DNA from: Armatimonadota bacterium | Lineage (GTDB): Bacteria > Armatimonadota > Hebobacteria > CAIYQO01 | DNA: 16,090 bases | Direction: 5' to 3' | Assembly: GCA_038248345.1 (NCBI GenBank) | Contig: JBBRXO010000066.1 | Span: 1-16,090, forward strand | Shown: piece by piece, positions 1 through 8,714 of the stretch | Position numbering within the stretch: the first letter of the stretch is position 1 | Layout of the letters: every line of letters starts with the position of its first letter | Translations under genes and position numbers: made by a program | Notes under the pieces: model-generated | Told to the model about the DNA's origin: nothing | Databases searched by the model: none | The model's input: the letters and a program-made list of their open reading frames with translations, nothing else

Positions 1-226
1 GACATTGGACGACTTACTCGCCCCGGGAGCCGAGCAATTGACCGCTAGCCTCCCTGGTGATGCGCGTGCGCGTTATCGCGGCCCCTACCTCGCTGGCGGT
101 ACACTCCCCATCAATCCTCTCGCAGATGACCCCAGTCGCAACTGGAGCTACGACAGCGCCACCGGGATGGTGAAATTGCCTATGACTGGCGTAACTGTAG
201 ACGGGATAAACTACACCGATTTGTGA
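1..226 (+). CDS. C-terminal part of a GspG/pseudopilin-like protein (5' end outside window)
   Basis: Frame is open from the window edge (aca ttg gac...). LDDL...YRGPYL...LPINP...WSYD resembles the type II secretion protein G C-terminal motif, and the same motifs occur in 12839-13249. Confidence 0.65.
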   Translation, partial: TLDDLLAPGAEQLTASLPGDARARYRGPYLAGGTLPINPLADDPSRNWSYDSATGMVKLPMTGVTVDGINYTDL

Positions 227-329
227 TGCCGCCCCGGTTACTCACGTGCATACAGAGCGTACTTGTCACTAAAACCTTACAAGTCCACATTAAAAAGCAA
301 TATGTGTGCCAAATCCCCCACAAATATCC

Positions 330-358
330 TTGACGAGGCAGGTGCATAGTGGTAAATT
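330..358 (+). promoter_or_regulatory. sigma70-type promoter for the ytxH-like gene
   Basis: TTGACG (330-335), 17 nt spacer, TAAATT (353-358) preceded by TG; AAGGAG RBS upstream of ATG 401. Confidence 0.6.
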
Positions 359-400
359 CATATTAGGTTATCACGCAAGAGACGCGAGAAGGAGTTTGAA

Positions 401-688
401 ATGAAATGTCTTGATTTCACAGCCGGTCTGTTGATCGGCGCATTGGCCGGAGCGGTAGTGGGCATGTTGCTTGCACCGCAATCTGGAGAGGAAACGCGCG
501 AGAAGATAATGGAATTCGCCGAAGACACCACCGGGAAGGTGGCCGAGGGTAGCCGCCAATTGCTGGAAAGCGGCAAAGACATGGTAGAGAAGGGCAAGGT
601 TCAGGTGGCGGGCGCTATCAAAAGCGCAGGTAGTACTGTGAAAGAAGTAGCCGATACGCTAGCTGAGGATGTAAGTCATGTAGCCTAG
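401..688 (+). CDS. YtxH domain-containing protein
   Basis: F-x-x-GLLIGALAGAVVGMLLAPQSGEETREKI is the YtxH-family signature; good RBS. Confidence 0.9.
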   Translation: MKCLDFTAGLLIGALAGAVVGMLLAPQSGEETREKIMEFAEDTTGKVAEGSRQLLESGKDMVEKGKVQVAGAIKSAGSTVKEVADTLAEDVSHVA

Positions 689-725
689 TCAAAATAAGAC
701 ATCCATATCTTATTTAATGACGATA

Positions 726-762
726 GCAAGAAGGATGGTCGTATAATCGACCATCCTTTTGC
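726..762 (+). terminator. Stem-loop, probable intrinsic terminator after the ytxH-like gene
   Basis: GCAAGAAGGATGGTCG-TATAAT-CGACCATCCTTTTGC: near-perfect inverted repeat with a short T tract. Confidence 0.65.
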
Positions 763-816
763 CTGTATCGTTATGAGGAATCACCCCCTACGCACTCGCC
801 GAGTTAACGATAGAAA

Positions 817-3474
817 ATGACGGATATTACGCAAAAGCAGAACGTGGATATCAATGCAATTCCGGTACAATTCACCGCGCGGCTAGTTGCACTTAATGCA
901 ATTTCGTACCAGGTAAGTAGTTTGCATGATCAGGAGAGTATCCTGCACTGTGCAATTACCGACGGTCCCGCCATCATCGGCGCAGACAGCGCCAATGTAT
1001 GGTTATGGGATGCTGATCAGCAGGCTCCCCTGATGCATGTAACTACGGCTGGTAGCAGCACCGAATTCACCATCCCTGATACCCTGCGGAATTATCTAAA
1101 CAATGCCTGCGCGGGCACCATGGCGGGCGTCACCGCGGAACAGACCGATGCTAGCTGGCCGAGTGATATGGCCGGTCACGCCGTGGCATTCATGCCCTTG
1201 CCGGATCAGGATGGGTGCCTGGGGGTTTATACTGTACAACGACACAGCGGTTTGCCTTTCAACAGCGAAGAGCTGTTATTACTCGCCTCCCTGTGTAATG
1301 CCGTCGCCAGCGCGCTACGCAACGCAAGGCTCTTCTCCACTGAACGCCAGCTACTGCAGTTGCTCCGCACCAGCATCGGCCATGTAGTGGAGGCCACCAG
1401 TGGCCAGCAGAGCGAACACACCGAGGTGATTGAGGCGTTGTTGCAGGTGGCGGAAGCCATGACGCAGGCGCGCGCGACCGGTGTGGTATTGCAGACGGAG
1501 GCGGAGAAAGAACCGCTGGTGGCGCTAAATGGCCCGTTGGCGGGCGCAAACCCCGAGGAGCTGAACGCTGCAGCATATAAGGTATGGCAGCAGTACGGCA
1601 CGGAAGCGCCTGTTAATGCTTCCTGCGGGGAGATATTCGCGCAGCAGTACAGCTTCTGCAAATCCCACTACTTCACCGGGACGATTATCCTGCTCAACAA
1701 CAAACCGGCGGGGTTAATTTTCGCCATAGGCGACACCCAATTCAGCGAAGAACAACTCACCTCACTCCGCACCATCGGCGATCAGATTGGCGTCGCCGTC
1801 GATCATCGGCTGCGGACAGCCAGCAACAACTGGATGCTGGTGCAGATGGCTAACTTGAATTATGTCAGCGGCGCCATCACCAATAGTTTTGATCCGGTGG
1901 AGATTCTGGAGCAGATTAGCGCAGCCGTGGCGCAAGCGGTACATGTGCCCATCGCCTTCTGCGGCGAATTGCTGGACGAGGGGAGATTGCGGGTGTTGCC
2001 GGAGACCGCCATCGGGCTTTCTGCTGATTTCACCCGCGAGATGCAACTCACCCGCAACAACGTCGTCATCCATACCGTACTGGATAAGGGAAAGAACCTC
2101 ACCAGCCGAATGGTGGAGGGTACAGGTTTCCCTACCCTGGCGGCGCTAGGTATGGTGGACTGGGCCTGTGTGCCGATGATGGTGACACGCAGCAGCGCCT
2201 CCGGCCTTGGCTCGCCGGTGCGCGGTGTGCTGCTGGTGAGCGATAAACAACCGCACATCTTCTCCGAGCGTGAGCTGGCGCTCATCGCCACCTATGCCAA
2301 CCAGGCGGCGCTGGCGCTGGAAAATTCCCACCTTTATGCCCGGCTGGATCGGCAGTTGCGCCAGATGGAACTGCTCTACCATATGACGCATGCCATCAGC
2401 ACACTGGACCTGGCGGAGATCTATCTGCAGGTGGGCCTCACCACCTGTGCGGCATTTCATATCCCGGCGGTAGCGCTTTGCCTGATTGAGGAGGGCAGCA
2501 GCGTACAACACGTGGTGGCTACCCAGGGCGAAGGGCTGGAGAAATACGTCGGTGAAGAGATTCCTGCGGAAACCGGGGTCATCGGTATGGTGGTGAAGCG
2601 GGGGATACCCATCAGCAGCGTAAATGTCCGCAGCGACGGACGGAGCGTGCTACTGCGAAAAATTGCCATCGAGAATAATCTGTCCTCTACCATCACCGTA
2701 CCGTTGATTATCGGCGGTAATACACTGGGAACCCTCACCGCCTTTTCGCAGGAGACACGCGAATATAGTGCGGACGAGCAGCAATTGATGCAATCCATCG
2801 CGGCGGATGCGGCGCTCTCGATCCAGAATGCCCGACGCTACATCCGCGAACGCGAACGCAACAACGCCATGCGCGAACGGCTGGTGGAGCAGACGCAGAA
2901 CCACGACAAGGAAGTGAAATGGCTGGAACGTCTGCTGGAGATTGAGTATGAGAAATATGCGGAGGACGGGGTATTTCGCCGTATGCTGGTGCATATACGC
3001 GCCATCTCCGCTATTCCGAGAGAAGATATCACCAGCGATAACAAGGTGGATATCGCCAGATTGACGCAACAACGCATCTCCGAGTTGCGCGCGTCCGCCC
3101 CCGGGCTTTGGCCTATCGTAAATATCAGCGGCACCCACCCCCGGTTATCAATGATACAGGCTACCGCACTGATGATGCTGATCTCCGAGTATATCATGGC
3201 GATGGCGGTAGCTCCTGGGAATGTGAATATTCTCGATATTACCTTCCAGCAGTCGGGCAATGATGTCCTGTTGGTCTTAAAAAATGATATCTCGGACGTC
3301 GCCGGAATCGTCGAGATTAATCCGGCAATTACTGCGCTGGTCAGTCGAGAATTGCATAAATTGGTCGTCAAACAAAATGAAGAAAAAGGGCAATCTGTCA
3401 TGCAGATTCGCTTCGCCCATACGGCGAGAATAGAGGTTAATGATGGCATTCCGCATTCTTATCGTAGAAGATGA
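817..3474 (+). CDS. Multi-GAF (about 4 domains) sensor with a degenerate HisKA_2/HATPase-like C-terminus
   Basis: Four GAF-type C-terminal motifs: FNSEELLLLASLCNAVASALRNARL, FSEEQLTSLRTIGDQIGVAVD, FSERELALIATYANQAALALENSHL, YSADEQQLMQSIAADAALSIQNAR. The C-terminus follows the PdtaS/EutW layout but lacks the catalytic boxes. Confidence 0.85.
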   Translation: MTDITQKQNVDINAIPVQFTARLVALNAISYQVSSLHDQESILHCAITDGPAIIGADSANVWLWDADQQAPLMHVTTAGSSTEFTIPDTLRNYLNNACAGTMAGVTAEQTDASWPSDMAGHAVAFMPLPDQDGCLGVYTVQRHSGLPFNSEELLLLASLCNAVASALRNARLFSTERQLLQLLRTSIGHVVEATSGQQSEHTEVIEALLQVAEAMTQARATGVVLQTEAEKEPLVALNGPLAGANPEELNAAAYKVWQQYGTEAPVNASCGEIFAQQYSFCKSHYFTGTIILLNNKPAGLIFAIGDTQFSEEQLTSLRTIGDQIGVAVDHRLRTASNNWMLVQMANLNYVSGAITNSFDPVEILEQISAAVAQAVHVPIAFCGELLDEGRLRVLPETAIGLSADFTREMQLTRNNVVIHTVLDKGKNLTSRMVEGTGFPTLAALGMVDWACVPMMVTRSSASGLGSPVRGVLLVSDKQPHIFSERELALIATYANQAALALENSHLYARLDRQLRQMELLYHMTHAISTLDLAEIYLQVGLTTCAAFHIPAVALCLIEEGSSVQHVVATQGEGLEKYVGEEIPAETGVIGMVVKRGIPISSVNVRSDGRSVLLRKIAIENNLSSTITVPLIIGGNTLGTLTAFSQETREYSADEQQLMQSIAADAALSIQNARRYIRERERNNAMRERLVEQTQNHDKEVKWLERLLEIEYEKYAEDGVFRRMLVHIRAISAIPREDITSDNKVDIARLTQQRISELRASAPGLWPIVNISGTHPRLSMIQATALMMLISEYIMAMAVAPGNVNILDITFQQSGNDVLLVLKNDISDVAGIVEINPAITALVSRELHKLVVKQNEEKGQSVMQIRFAHTARIEVNDGIPHSYRRR

Positions 3475-4021
3475 ATTCATTTTGGCGAAGAATCTGCAGA
3501 AATTCGCCGAGCTCTTGGGGCATACTGTGCTGGCTATCACCGATGACGGTACCAAAGCGATAGAGCAAGCAGATAGCCTACACCCCGAGTTGGTGCTGAT
3601 GGATATCAAAATTAACGGGCTGGACGGTATCAGCGCCGCTCGTCATATTACTCAAGAAAAAAGGATCCCCGTCATCCTCATCACCGCCTATAGTGATCGG
3701 CAGTTTGTGGAGCAGGCGGCCGAAGCTGGCGTCATGACCTATTTAATCAAGCCGGTATCCACGAGTGATCTGCAGGCCTCCATCGACGTCACCATGGCGC
3801 GCAACCGTGAAATGCAAGCGCTGCGCCACCAGGTGGGCGACCTGCAATTATCAATTACCCACCGCAAAATCATCGACCGCGCCAAAGGCTACCTGATGGA
3901 TAATTTGCACCTGACGGAAGCAGACGCCTTCCGCCGCCTGCAACAACAGAGCCAACGCGAAAACCGCCCCATGGCCGACATCGCCCAAGCAGTAATAACG
4001 ACTTTCTCGCTGGGGGAGTAG
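3440..4021 (+). CDS. REC-ANTAR response regulator (PdtaR/EutV/NasT-like RNA antiterminator); start at 3440 or 3443
   Basis: Receiver motifs ILIVEDE, LVLMD, ILITA, YLIKP; ANTAR motif RKIIDRAKGYLM...LTEADAFRRLQQQSQRENRPMADIAQAVI. Overlaps the upstream gene. Confidence 0.93.
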   Translation: MMAFRILIVEDEFILAKNLQKFAELLGHTVLAITDDGTKAIEQADSLHPELVLMDIKINGLDGISAARHITQEKRIPVILITAYSDRQFVEQAAEAGVMTYLIKPVSTSDLQASIDVTMARNREMQALRHQVGDLQLSITHRKIIDRAKGYLMDNLHLTEADAFRRLQQQSQRENRPMADIAQAVITTFSLGE

Positions 4022-4047
4022 GATGGGCGCTAAAAAATTGTACTCCT

Positions 4048-4156
4048 GTAGGGGGGCACGACTTGCACCTACGTTCGGAACAAATGGCGGATGATGTCAA
4101 GGATTTGTGAACGAGTTTATGATGTATAGAGCGGTATGTTTACGCCGTCCCCCTAC
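4048..4156. repeat. Degenerate inverted pair of GTAG-type REP-like elements
   Basis: GTAGGGGGGCAC...CACCTAC (4048-4072) and CCCCCTAC (4149-4156) in opposite orientation; resembles the cleaner copy at 16005-16027. Confidence 0.4.
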
Positions 4157-4228
4157 TTCCTATTTCCTACTCCAACAGGATTCCTTCCGCCTCACGTCGA
4201 ACAATAACTCTATGTGGAGATTTAACGC

Positions 4229-5233
4229 GTGAAATTATTGTCTCGTGAGCAAAGTGATGCGCTGGGGCGTTCACTGTCCGCTTTACTGGTGCGGGTGCTG
4301 CATCGGGTGCCGTTGCGGGGCGCGCTGGCCTTCGGGCGTGGTGTCGGGTGGCTGGCGCCCCGGGTATCACGTCGCCATGCGCGGCGGCTGGCGGCGGACA
4401 TCACCCGTGCCTTCGGCGACACCATGACATCGCGAGAGATCGACCAGCTGGTGACCCACAGCTATCAGAATCTGGGGCAGAGCATGATGGAGTTTTTCCG
4501 CTCGCCCAATATGAGCACCGACGATATTCGCGCCTGGACGGTGATGGAAGACACCAATTATCTGGATGCGGCGCTGGCCAAAGGGAAAGGCGTACTCATC
4601 CTCGCCTCCCACCTGGGCAACTGGGAGCTGTGCGGTATGGGGCTGGCGGTACACGGTTATCCGCTCACCGCTATCGCCCGTTCCCAAGCGGGTGATGGCG
4701 TCACCGAGATGCTCAATGAGGTGCGGCAAAAGCATGGCATGAAGATTATCCCCATGGAGGACATCCGGGGGGCGCTACGGGTGTTGAAGAACAATGAATT
4801 GCTGGGTATATTGGCGGATACCAACGCGAATATCCCCGGCGCATTCGTCGATTTTCTCGGCTACCCGGCCGCAACTTTCACCGGCACCGCCTTCTTCGCG
4901 CTGCGCACCGGTGCGCCCATCATCCCCTGCTTCTCGCAACGCGGGGCAGACCTTAAGCATCACATCACCCTCGGCCCCCCGGTACCGCTATCGCGCACTG
5001 GCGATGAAACCCGTGACCTGCTCATCACCACCATGCGCTGCCAGCAGGTAATAACAGCGGAGATCCGCCGCCGCCCCGCCGAGTGGTTCTGGCTAAACCA
5101 GCGCTGGAAGACGCGCCCCGAAGACATCCCCCAACCCGAGCGCATCCCCATGCAACACCGCGACCTAACCCCGGAGGAATCCGCCGCCGCGTTGAGCTGG
5201 ACGCTGGCGGATAGCATGAGGGAGTTGGAGTGA
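4229..5233 (+). CDS. Lipid A lauroyl/myristoyl acyltransferase family protein (LpxL/HtrB-like)
   Basis: GKGVLILASHLGNWE catalytic motif, V-D-F-L-G-x-P-A, and RRRPAEWFWLNQRWK. GTG start with GGAG RBS. Confidence 0.88.
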   Translation: MKLLSREQSDALGRSLSALLVRVLHRVPLRGALAFGRGVGWLAPRVSRRHARRLAADITRAFGDTMTSREIDQLVTHSYQNLGQSMMEFFRSPNMSTDDIRAWTVMEDTNYLDAALAKGKGVLILASHLGNWELCGMGLAVHGYPLTAIARSQAGDGVTEMLNEVRQKHGMKIIPMEDIRGALRVLKNNELLGILADTNANIPGAFVDFLGYPAATFTGTAFFALRTGAPIIPCFSQRGADLKHHITLGPPVPLSRTGDETRDLLITTMRCQQVITAEIRRRPAEWFWLNQRWKTRPEDIPQPERIPMQHRDLTPEESAAALSWTLADSMRELE

Positions 5234-5242
5234 AGGCGAAGG

Positions 5243-5251
5243 TGGTATAAT
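5243..5251 (+). promoter_or_regulatory. Extended -10 promoter element for the PHP gene
   Basis: TGGTATAAT (TGn + TATAAT) upstream of the AAGGAG RBS and ATG 5338. Confidence 0.45.
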
Positions 5252-5262
5252 ATTGGTATGCA

Positions 5263-5306
5263 CCCCAAAGGGGAGGCGTAATATAGCCCAGGGAGTAAGC
5301 CCTGGG
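5263..5306. repeat. Double-hairpin palindromic element (REP-like)
   Basis: CCCC-AAA-GGGG followed by CCCAGGG-AGTAAG-CCCTGGG. Confidence 0.45.
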
Positions 5307-5337
5307 AAAAGATCTTCGTGGTGAATAAGGAGTCCCT

Positions 5338-6003
5338 ATGCTGGCTGATTTTCATACGCATTCATTTTTGAGTGACGGGGAACTGTTGCCTGCCGAGTTG
5401 ATTCGGCGGGCGGCGGTTAATGGTTACACCGTGCTGGGCATCAGCGATCACGCCAGCGCCAGTAACCTGGAGATGGTGATAAGCGCGCTGGGGCGCGAGG
5501 TGGAGCTATTCCTGCGCTACCTGCCCGATCTGCGCGTGCTGGTGGGGGTGGAGCTGACGCATGTGCCTCCTGCCTCTATTGATGAGCTGGCGCAGCAGGC
5601 GCGCGAGCTGGGGGCAGACTATGTGGTAGTCCACGGCGAGACCCCGGTAGAGCCCGTCGCCCCCGGCACCAATACTGCCGCCGTGCATAGCAATTATGTA
5701 GATATCCTCGCCCATCCGGGCTTGCTCACCGCCGCTGACGCAACAGAAGCGGCGCGGCGCGGGGTATTTATCGAAATCACCAGCCGCGGCGGGCACAGCC
5801 TAGGCAACGGGCACGTGGTGGCCACCGGTCGCCACGCCGGGGTGAAGTTCCTCATCAACAGCGATACCCATTCACCCAGCAACCTGCACACCATCGAGTT
5901 TGCCCGCAAGGTAGGCCTCTGCGCCGGGCTGACCGAGGAAGAATTGCACACGACTATGCAGGAAAATCCACAACTACTGCTCTCACGGATTGAGGTGCGG
6001 TAG
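5338..6003 (+). CDS. PHP-domain phosphoesterase (histidinol-phosphatase-like family)
   Basis: Metal-binding PHP motifs DFHTHSFLSDG, ISDH, GVELTH, VHGET, DILAHPG, NSDTH. Confidence 0.9.
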   Translation: MLADFHTHSFLSDGELLPAELIRRAAVNGYTVLGISDHASASNLEMVISALGREVELFLRYLPDLRVLVGVELTHVPPASIDELAQQARELGADYVVVHGETPVEPVAPGTNTAAVHSNYVDILAHPGLLTAADATEAARRGVFIEITSRGGHSLGNGHVVATGRHAGVKFLINSDTHSPSNLHTIEFARKVGLCAGLTEEELHTTMQENPQLLLSRIEVR

Positions 6004-6056
6004 CTGCTCATCATTCTCACGCTACCATGCAACGGGCTGTGGAATCCAAACTATCT

Positions 6057-6085
6057 TTGACATCCCCCCCGCCGGCAGGTAGAAT
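6057..6085 (+). promoter_or_regulatory. Near-consensus sigma70 promoter
   Basis: TTGACA (6057-6062), 17 nt spacer, TAGAAT (6080-6085); GAGGAGG RBS before TTG 6120. Confidence 0.8.
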
Positions 6086-6119
6086 GAATCTGTATTAAAA
6101 ACGCGCGAGGAGGATCACC

Positions 6120-6845
6120 TTGTCACTGCGTGATGAACTTTTGAAATTGCATGAAGTCCAGCTACTGGATTACCAGATTTATCAACGCGAGCAGCTAATA
6201 ATCGCGCTGGATTCTGCTGAGGAATTGAAGCAGCAGGCAATTGTGTTACTGAAACGCCAGGATGAACTGGCGAAGGCGTTGAGCAAGACGCAGGCGAAGC
6301 TGAAGGACGCCGACCTAGCGATGAAAAGCCTGGAAGCCAAGCGTGATGCCGTGCATAAAAAACTCTTCAGCGGTACCGTCAGCAGCCCCAAGGAGTTAGG
6401 CGACCTGCAAAAAGATGAGGATATGCTCAAAGTCCAGGTGGGCAATGCCGAGGAAGTTACCCTGGGGGTAATGGACGAAGTGGAGATATTGAGCGGACAA
6501 ATGGCCGATGTGACGGAGAAGCTGACCGCCGCCAAAACCCGCTGGCAACGCGTGGTAGCGCACACCCAGGCAGAGACCAAGCGCCTGAAGGCGGAGGTCG
6601 ACGCCCTGCAGCCGCTGCGCGCCGCCGCCGCCACCGAGGTGGAGAAGATGTTGCTGCGCCGCTATGATGAACTGCGTACCCGCCACCAGGGTATCGGCAT
6701 GGCGGTCACCGGCAACAACATGTGTCCCGCCTGCCACATGACACTCACCGCCCAGACGATAGAAAATATGCGCGAAGGGGAGATTATCACCAGCTGTGAC
6801 AACTGTGGACGCATCCTTGCCTGGCAACAGGTTAAAGCTGAATAA
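6120..6845 (+). CDS. Coiled-coil protein with C-terminal C4 zinc ribbon (CT398/HP0958/DUF164 family)
   Basis: L-L-x-L-x-x-V-Q-x-L-D start, long heptad coiled coil, LLRRYDELR, CPACHM...CDNCGRIL. Confidence 0.9.
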   Translation: MSLRDELLKLHEVQLLDYQIYQREQLIIALDSAEELKQQAIVLLKRQDELAKALSKTQAKLKDADLAMKSLEAKRDAVHKKLFSGTVSSPKELGDLQKDEDMLKVQVGNAEEVTLGVMDEVEILSGQMADVTEKLTAAKTRWQRVVAHTQAETKRLKAEVDALQPLRAAAATEVEKMLLRRYDELRTRHQGIGMAVTGNNMCPACHMTLTAQTIENMREGEIITSCDNCGRILAWQQVKAE

Positions 6846-8181
6846 GCCCCCCACCCGCCGCCGCGAGGTGTGGTTGTTAGTGCTCGGTTGGATAATCATC
6901 GGGCTGGGATATTTCGTCGTCTGGCAGAGCTTTCTACCGCAGTGGCAGACGCGTTTCGGGGCGGCGCAATGGAAGTTTTTCGCTCCCTGGCTAGCTATGC
7001 TCCCCGCGTGGCTGGTGGTTTCCTATGTGCTCACGCGCCGACGCATCCGCGAGACGTTGCTGTTCCCGCTGGTAGCGTTGCTGGTGGGCATCGGTCTGCT
7101 CTTTTTAGTACGGCTGGCCGGAGGGGCAGACGCGCAGGGGATGCACCACAGCAGTAAATTGATGCTGGGTGATTTCATCTACTCGCAGTACATCAAGCAA
7201 CTCGGTTCCTTTGTCGCGGGCTGGCTGGGGTTGCTGGCGCTCCTCATCTTCGTCAAAGATTACCGCGCGCTGGCAAAATACAAGTATGTCATCGCCGCCC
7301 TCACCATCTTCCTGTTACTCATCACCACGCTCTTCGGCCACTCGGTAGCGCAACAGCAGTTACAGCTTAGGCTTGGCCCGCTCACCTTCCAGCCGCATGA
7401 TCCGGTGAAGGTATTGCTCATCATCTTCATGGCCGCCTACCTGGTGGAGAACAAAGAGCTGATCGCCTTTGCGCGCGGCAAATTCGGGCTGCTCTCGCGC
7501 ATGGATTTCCGTTTCATGGGGCCGCTACTATTACTCTGGCTCATCGTCATGGCCATCATCTTCAAGCATAACGACCTGGGGGCGGCGGCGTTGCTCTTCG
7601 GCTCCTTCCTCGGTATGCTCTACATCGGCACTGATCGTAAAAGTTACCTAGTCACTGGCGTGGCTATGCTCTTCCTCGGCGGCTGGCTCGCTTTCGCCAC
7701 CAGCCAGACCGTACACACCCGCGTGAATATCTGGCTCAACCCCTGGGCTGACGAGATGAACAAGGGGCACCAGATCGCGCAGTCATTGATGGCGCTGGGC
7801 AATGGACGTGTGGTGGGCGCGGGGCTGGGGGGCGGCTTCCCGGAGAGCGTCCCCGCCGTGCAGACAGATATGATCTATGCCGCCATCAGCGAGGATCTAG
7901 GACTGGTGGGCGCCACCATGGTACTGTTGGTCTTCCTGTTGCTCATCAGCCGCATCTTTAACATCGCCATGAAGTCCACCGACCGCTTCGGCCAGTTGCT
8001 GGCCGCCGGGCTGGGCATCACGCTGGCGGTGCAGACCTTCGTCATCATCGCCGGCACCATCAAGCTCATCCCCCTCACCGGCATCACCCTCCCCTTCATC
8101 AGCTACGGTGGCACCAGCATGGTGGTCAACCTGGCGCTCATCGGCCTGGCGTTGCTGGTGTCGGAGCAGCGGGAGAGCTGA
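6796..8181 (+). CDS. FtsW/RodA/SpoVE (SEDS) family peptidoglycan glycosyltransferase; start codon uncertain
   Basis: Multiple TM helices; NDLGAA, R-x-x-x-WLNPW, GHQIAQS, VQTDMI...ISEDLG, IPLTGITLPFISYGGTS. Confidence 0.92.
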   Translation: MTTVDASLPGNRLKLNKPPTRRREVWLLVLGWIIIGLGYFVVWQSFLPQWQTRFGAAQWKFFAPWLAMLPAWLVVSYVLTRRRIRETLLFPLVALLVGIGLLFLVRLAGGADAQGMHHSSKLMLGDFIYSQYIKQLGSFVAGWLGLLALLIFVKDYRALAKYKYVIAALTIFLLLITTLFGHSVAQQQLQLRLGPLTFQPHDPVKVLLIIFMAAYLVENKELIAFARGKFGLLSRMDFRFMGPLLLLWLIVMAIIFKHNDLGAAALLFGSFLGMLYIGTDRKSYLVTGVAMLFLGGWLAFATSQTVHTRVNIWLNPWADEMNKGHQIAQSLMALGNGRVVGAGLGGGFPESVPAVQTDMIYAAISEDLGLVGATMVLLVFLLLISRIFNIAMKSTDRFGQLLAAGLGITLAVQTFVIIAGTIKLIPLTGITLPFISYGGTSMVVNLALIGLALLVSEQRES

Positions 8182-8193
8182 ACTTTTTTTCAA

Positions 8194-8220
8194 CACAGAG
8201 GGCACAGAGAGCACGGAGAG
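8194..8220 (+). repeat. Short 9-bp-period tandem repeat (CACAGAG core, 3 copies)
   Basis: CACAGAG-GG-CACAGAG-AG-CACGGAG-AG. Confidence 0.6.
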
Positions 8221-8247
8221 AAGATGATTAATACCTTACCCAAAATA

Positions 8248-8291
8248 CAACTAGCCCAGTCTCCTTCAGTATAAAGGGACTGGGTTAGTTG
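8248..8291. terminator. Hairpin between convergent genes, probable terminator
   Basis: CAACTAGCCCAGTC...GACTGGGTTAGTTG inverted repeat (one G-U pair) between the SEDS gene and DUF378. Confidence 0.6.
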
Positions 8292-8378
8292 CTTTAGAGA
8301 ACACACCGGTTATGGAAAATGGGCTGGCCGATGCGTCAAAGATTAGCGTGCGAAAAACCAAATTGACAGCTATCCACG

Positions 8379-8612
8379 CTATTTGGCCGGTACTTCTACC
8401 TTTTCTACATTGACATCTCGGGTAATTAGCGGGAAGAGTATCAGGCTCCATACCCCCGCCACCCCCACCAGGGAATAGACAACAGTACTCATCACTTGTT
8501 TGGGCCCACCGAACAGATACGCTACAAGATCGAAATTGAACAGGCCAACCAACCCCCAGTTCAAAGCTCCCACAATAACAAGCAACAGCGCGATTACGTT
8601 AACGACTTTCAT
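8379..8612 (-). CDS. DUF378 family small membrane protein
   Basis: IALLLVIVGALNWGLVGLFNFDLVAYLFG...VVYSLVGVAG family signature; AAGGAGG RBS. Confidence 0.9.
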   Translation of the reverse strand: MKVVNVIALLLVIVGALNWGLVGLFNFDLVAYLFGGPKQVMSTVVYSLVGVAGVWSLILFPLITRDVNVEKVEVPAK

Positions 8613-8714
8613 GTCAGACCTCCTTTACAGATTAGCAATTTAGATCGCATGTTCATCCAGCCCATCTAATGATAACACCATATTTTATTTATAATGTGCT
8701 AAAAATACGACAAA

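Noticed and set aside
227..816. Canonical ANTAR target (tandem hexaloop hairpins with A1/G4) in the nearby leaders
   Set aside because: The best candidate, CGC-AAGAGAC-GCG near 374-386, has a 7-nt loop and no partner hairpin. No intergenic region showed a convincing dual motif by eye.
6846..6900. RNase P RNA or RNase HI gene, often found after CT398-like zinc-ribbon genes
   Set aside because: The SEDS coding sequence follows immediately; no such gene is visible.
8266..8451. 61-aa - strand ORF
   Set aside because: Overlaps DUF378 in another frame and runs into the terminator hairpin; no motif support.
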